A model generated the notes under the pieces. That model did no database searches. It was not told where the DNA came from and saw nothing but the letters and a program-made list of their open reading frames with translations. A program made the position numbers and the translations under genes. From Torpedo marmorata (lineage: Eukaryota): a stretch of 64,000 bases of DNA. Location of the stretch: the NCBI GenBank assembly GCA_977017645.1, contig OZ360232.1, positions 32,674,001-32,738,000 of the forward strand, written 5' to 3'. Shown one piece after another: positions 61,576 to 64,000 of this stretch; position 1 is the first letter of the stretch, and each line of letters begins with the position of its first letter.

Positions 61576-62399
61576 CTTCCTTTTGATAGAACATGATTAA
61601 AAAAGACCAGGATCGGCATTTGTTCAGTGGAACCCCAAAAATGGGGTATTGTGCAGATAAAAACCATTAACAAAATCTATAAATGGAGCATTAACAGAAT
61701 TTGTTTCTGTTTCTGTGTGAGTTAGCACCATTTGTTAAAGGATGGACTTTATTATGTAAGCAATTTGTAAATCTTAGCACTTTATTTCTGACTTCCAAAT
61801 TATGTCAACCGCTATGATCTGAATCACAATCCATGCAGTTCCCTCAGATTAAAAGCAGCTTTTAATACCACAGGCTTAAATTGAATTTGATTTTCTGGGA
61901 TAGATCTCATCATGCCCTGGGATTTATCCTAGACATCTAAGACCTCCTCCATCTTCTCACCGAATTTCAATGTAGCCTCCCTGAATTCATTGTCATCAAA
62001 GTTCTTCTCTTTAGAGATTATGGATGAGAATTATTTAATATCTTCACCACACATTGGTTACTTCTTTGGCCTCTAACGGAACCCCCTGGCTACCTTCTTG
62101 CTCCTAACATAAAATGACTTGGGTTTCTCCTTATTCTTACTTGCTGAGGATATTTCATAGCCCCTTTTTGGCTTTGGAATTTCTTTCTCAAGTTCTCTCC
62201 TTTACAGGGGTATCATATGTTTCTTTTTTATTCTTGAACAAACCTTTAATATCCTTTGTCAACCAAGATTTTCCAAATCTTGTCATTTTTTTTCTTTTCA
62301 CTCTTATGAAACACACTGGCCTTGAACTCTTACCATGTCGTTTTTAAAAGACATCCACATGTTTTACCCCCAAGGATATGATCCCAATCTGTTGTGAGT

Positions 62400-62875
62400 G
62401 AAACACGAAAGTCTGCAGACGCTGTGATTGTGGTAAAAACACACCGAAATGCTGGAGGAACTCAGCCGGTCTTTCAGCGTCCATAAAAGTCAAAGCTATA
62501 TTGCCGACGTTTCGGGCCTGAGCCCTTCTTTTTCCTGTTGTCACCAGGTCCTCTCTTATACTATTGAAATCAGCACTTTCTCAATTTAGAACATTACAGC
62601 ACAGTACCGGCCCTTGAGCTACGATGTTGTGCCGACCCATGTACCTGTCCAAGAGTCTTTTAAATGTCCCTATTATACCAGCCTCCACCACCAACCGTGG
62701 CAATACACTCCAGGCACCCCACTACTCATGTGTAAAATAAAAACTTATCCCTGACGTCTCCCCTAAACTTTCCTCCCCTCACCTTGAACAGATGTCCTCT
62801 CGTATTTGCTACTGTCACCCTGGGAAAAGGGTGCTGGCTGTCCACTCTATCCATTCCTCTAATAATCTTGCAGAC
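62400..62875 (-). mobile_element. Penelope pLTR (~62400-62530) and CR1 3' tail (~62586-62875)
   Basis: gacgtttcgggcctgagcccttc; agaacattacagcacag tail. Confidence 0.75.
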
Positions 62876-63706
62876 CTTAAAACCTTGGGTTTCATAAAAC
62901 CAAGATGACTTTGCTTAATTCTATTATTATTTTCTTCCTTGTAGCTTCTAGCATTTTCCAGTGACAGATGTTGGACGATGTGGCTTATGATTTTCAGCTT
63001 TGTATCTCCATTCTAACCTTGCAATTGAAATGTCACTTTCCCAGAACTGATCAAGTAAATCAAAGTCCATCTGCATCTTCATCTTCTTCCTTAAGTGTAG
63101 TGACATAAACTGGACACAGAACCTGTTTGGCCCAGCAGTTTTCCATGGAGATTCAACATGACCTTCATGCTTTTGACCTCTTTGCCTCAATATAGCCCAG
63201 AATCCCATATGCTGTTCTAACTACACTCATTAACTGCTGCTTTCCACTCTTCCCTGCACATGTACAACCGGGTGACCCTGCCCCTCCACGCCATTCAGAA
63301 CCTAATCCATATTATCTCCTTCTCAATTTGTATTAAATTTCACCTGCCACTCGCGTGGCCTTTCATCCAGCCAACCCATCGTCCTCTTGCAGTCTACCAC
63401 TGTACGCGTCACCATTCATCATGATGCTACATTTTGGTGTCGACTGCAATGTTGTAACTTTATCTCACACACCTAAAATTGTTATTAGTAGGTATCCAAG
63501 CACTGACACCTGGGGAATAACGTTGTCTACCATTCTCCAGGCCAAAGCAGTTCTATTTACCATAACTCTGCTTTCTCTGCTGGAGCCAGTGTATTTATCC
63601 ATGATGTCAGTGAGCCCTTTATTCCACAGATCTTAATTTTGCTGACCAACCTTTAATGTGGGCCTTCTGAAAATTCATGCAGACAGCATCTACCATCCCA
63701 TCAATT

Positions 63707-63925
63707 ATTACAACGCTATCACAGCGCCAGCGACCTGGATTCAAATCCGGCATTGTCTGTAAGGAGTTTGTATATTCTCCCTGTGACCATGTGGGTTTCC
63801 TCTGGGTACTCCAGTTTCCTCCTACCTCCAAAAACATGCGGGGTTTGTAGATTAATTGGGGTATTTGGGCGGCATGGGCTTGTGGGCCGGAAGGGCCTGT
63901 TACTGTGCTGTATCTCTTTAAAAAA
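63707..63925 (+). mobile_element. HE1-like SINE, 5'-truncated
   Basis: Match to the SINE at 11070 from the acagcgccagcg segment onward. Confidence 0.85.
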
Positions 63926-64000
63926 TATTGAACCACTTTTCTCAAACATGGTTTGTCTGTCTCATATCTAAAGTGGGTCTCCTTTATTAATTCAAACTTC

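Overview
Eukaryotic genomic DNA, most likely a cartilaginous fish (ray or shark), inferred from HE1/V-type SINEs, HER1-like CR1 LINEs and abundant Penelope repeats. The window covers the 3' half of RNF130 (Goliath, a PA-TM-RING E3 ligase) on the + strand. Four coding exons splice in frame (2591-2673, 30777-30873, 34032-34236, 49590-49680); the upstream exons and the final short exon were not found. The introns are mostly nested mobile elements: CR1, L1, Rex1/Babar-like and Penelope retroelements, tRNA- and 5S-derived SINEs, two Gmr1-like Gypsy elements with integrase before RT, and hAT and Tc2/pogo-like non-autonomous DNA transposons. The most striking observation is a 969-bp hAT element (41124-42092) with TIRs and a TSD that carries the first coding exon, splice donor and upstream GC-rich region of MASTL/Greatwall kinase. 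It sits directly upstream of a degenerate ERV-L-like gag. Also notable: an L1 inserted 18 nt upstream of the second RING exon, minimal hammerhead-ribozyme motifs in Penelope termini, a composite two-MITE transposon, and a 5S-derived SINE that shares its 3' tail with a second non-autonomous family. No CRISPR or prokaryotic features. Family assignments come from motif recognition by eye with no database searches; boundaries of degenerate repeats are approximate (tens of bp).
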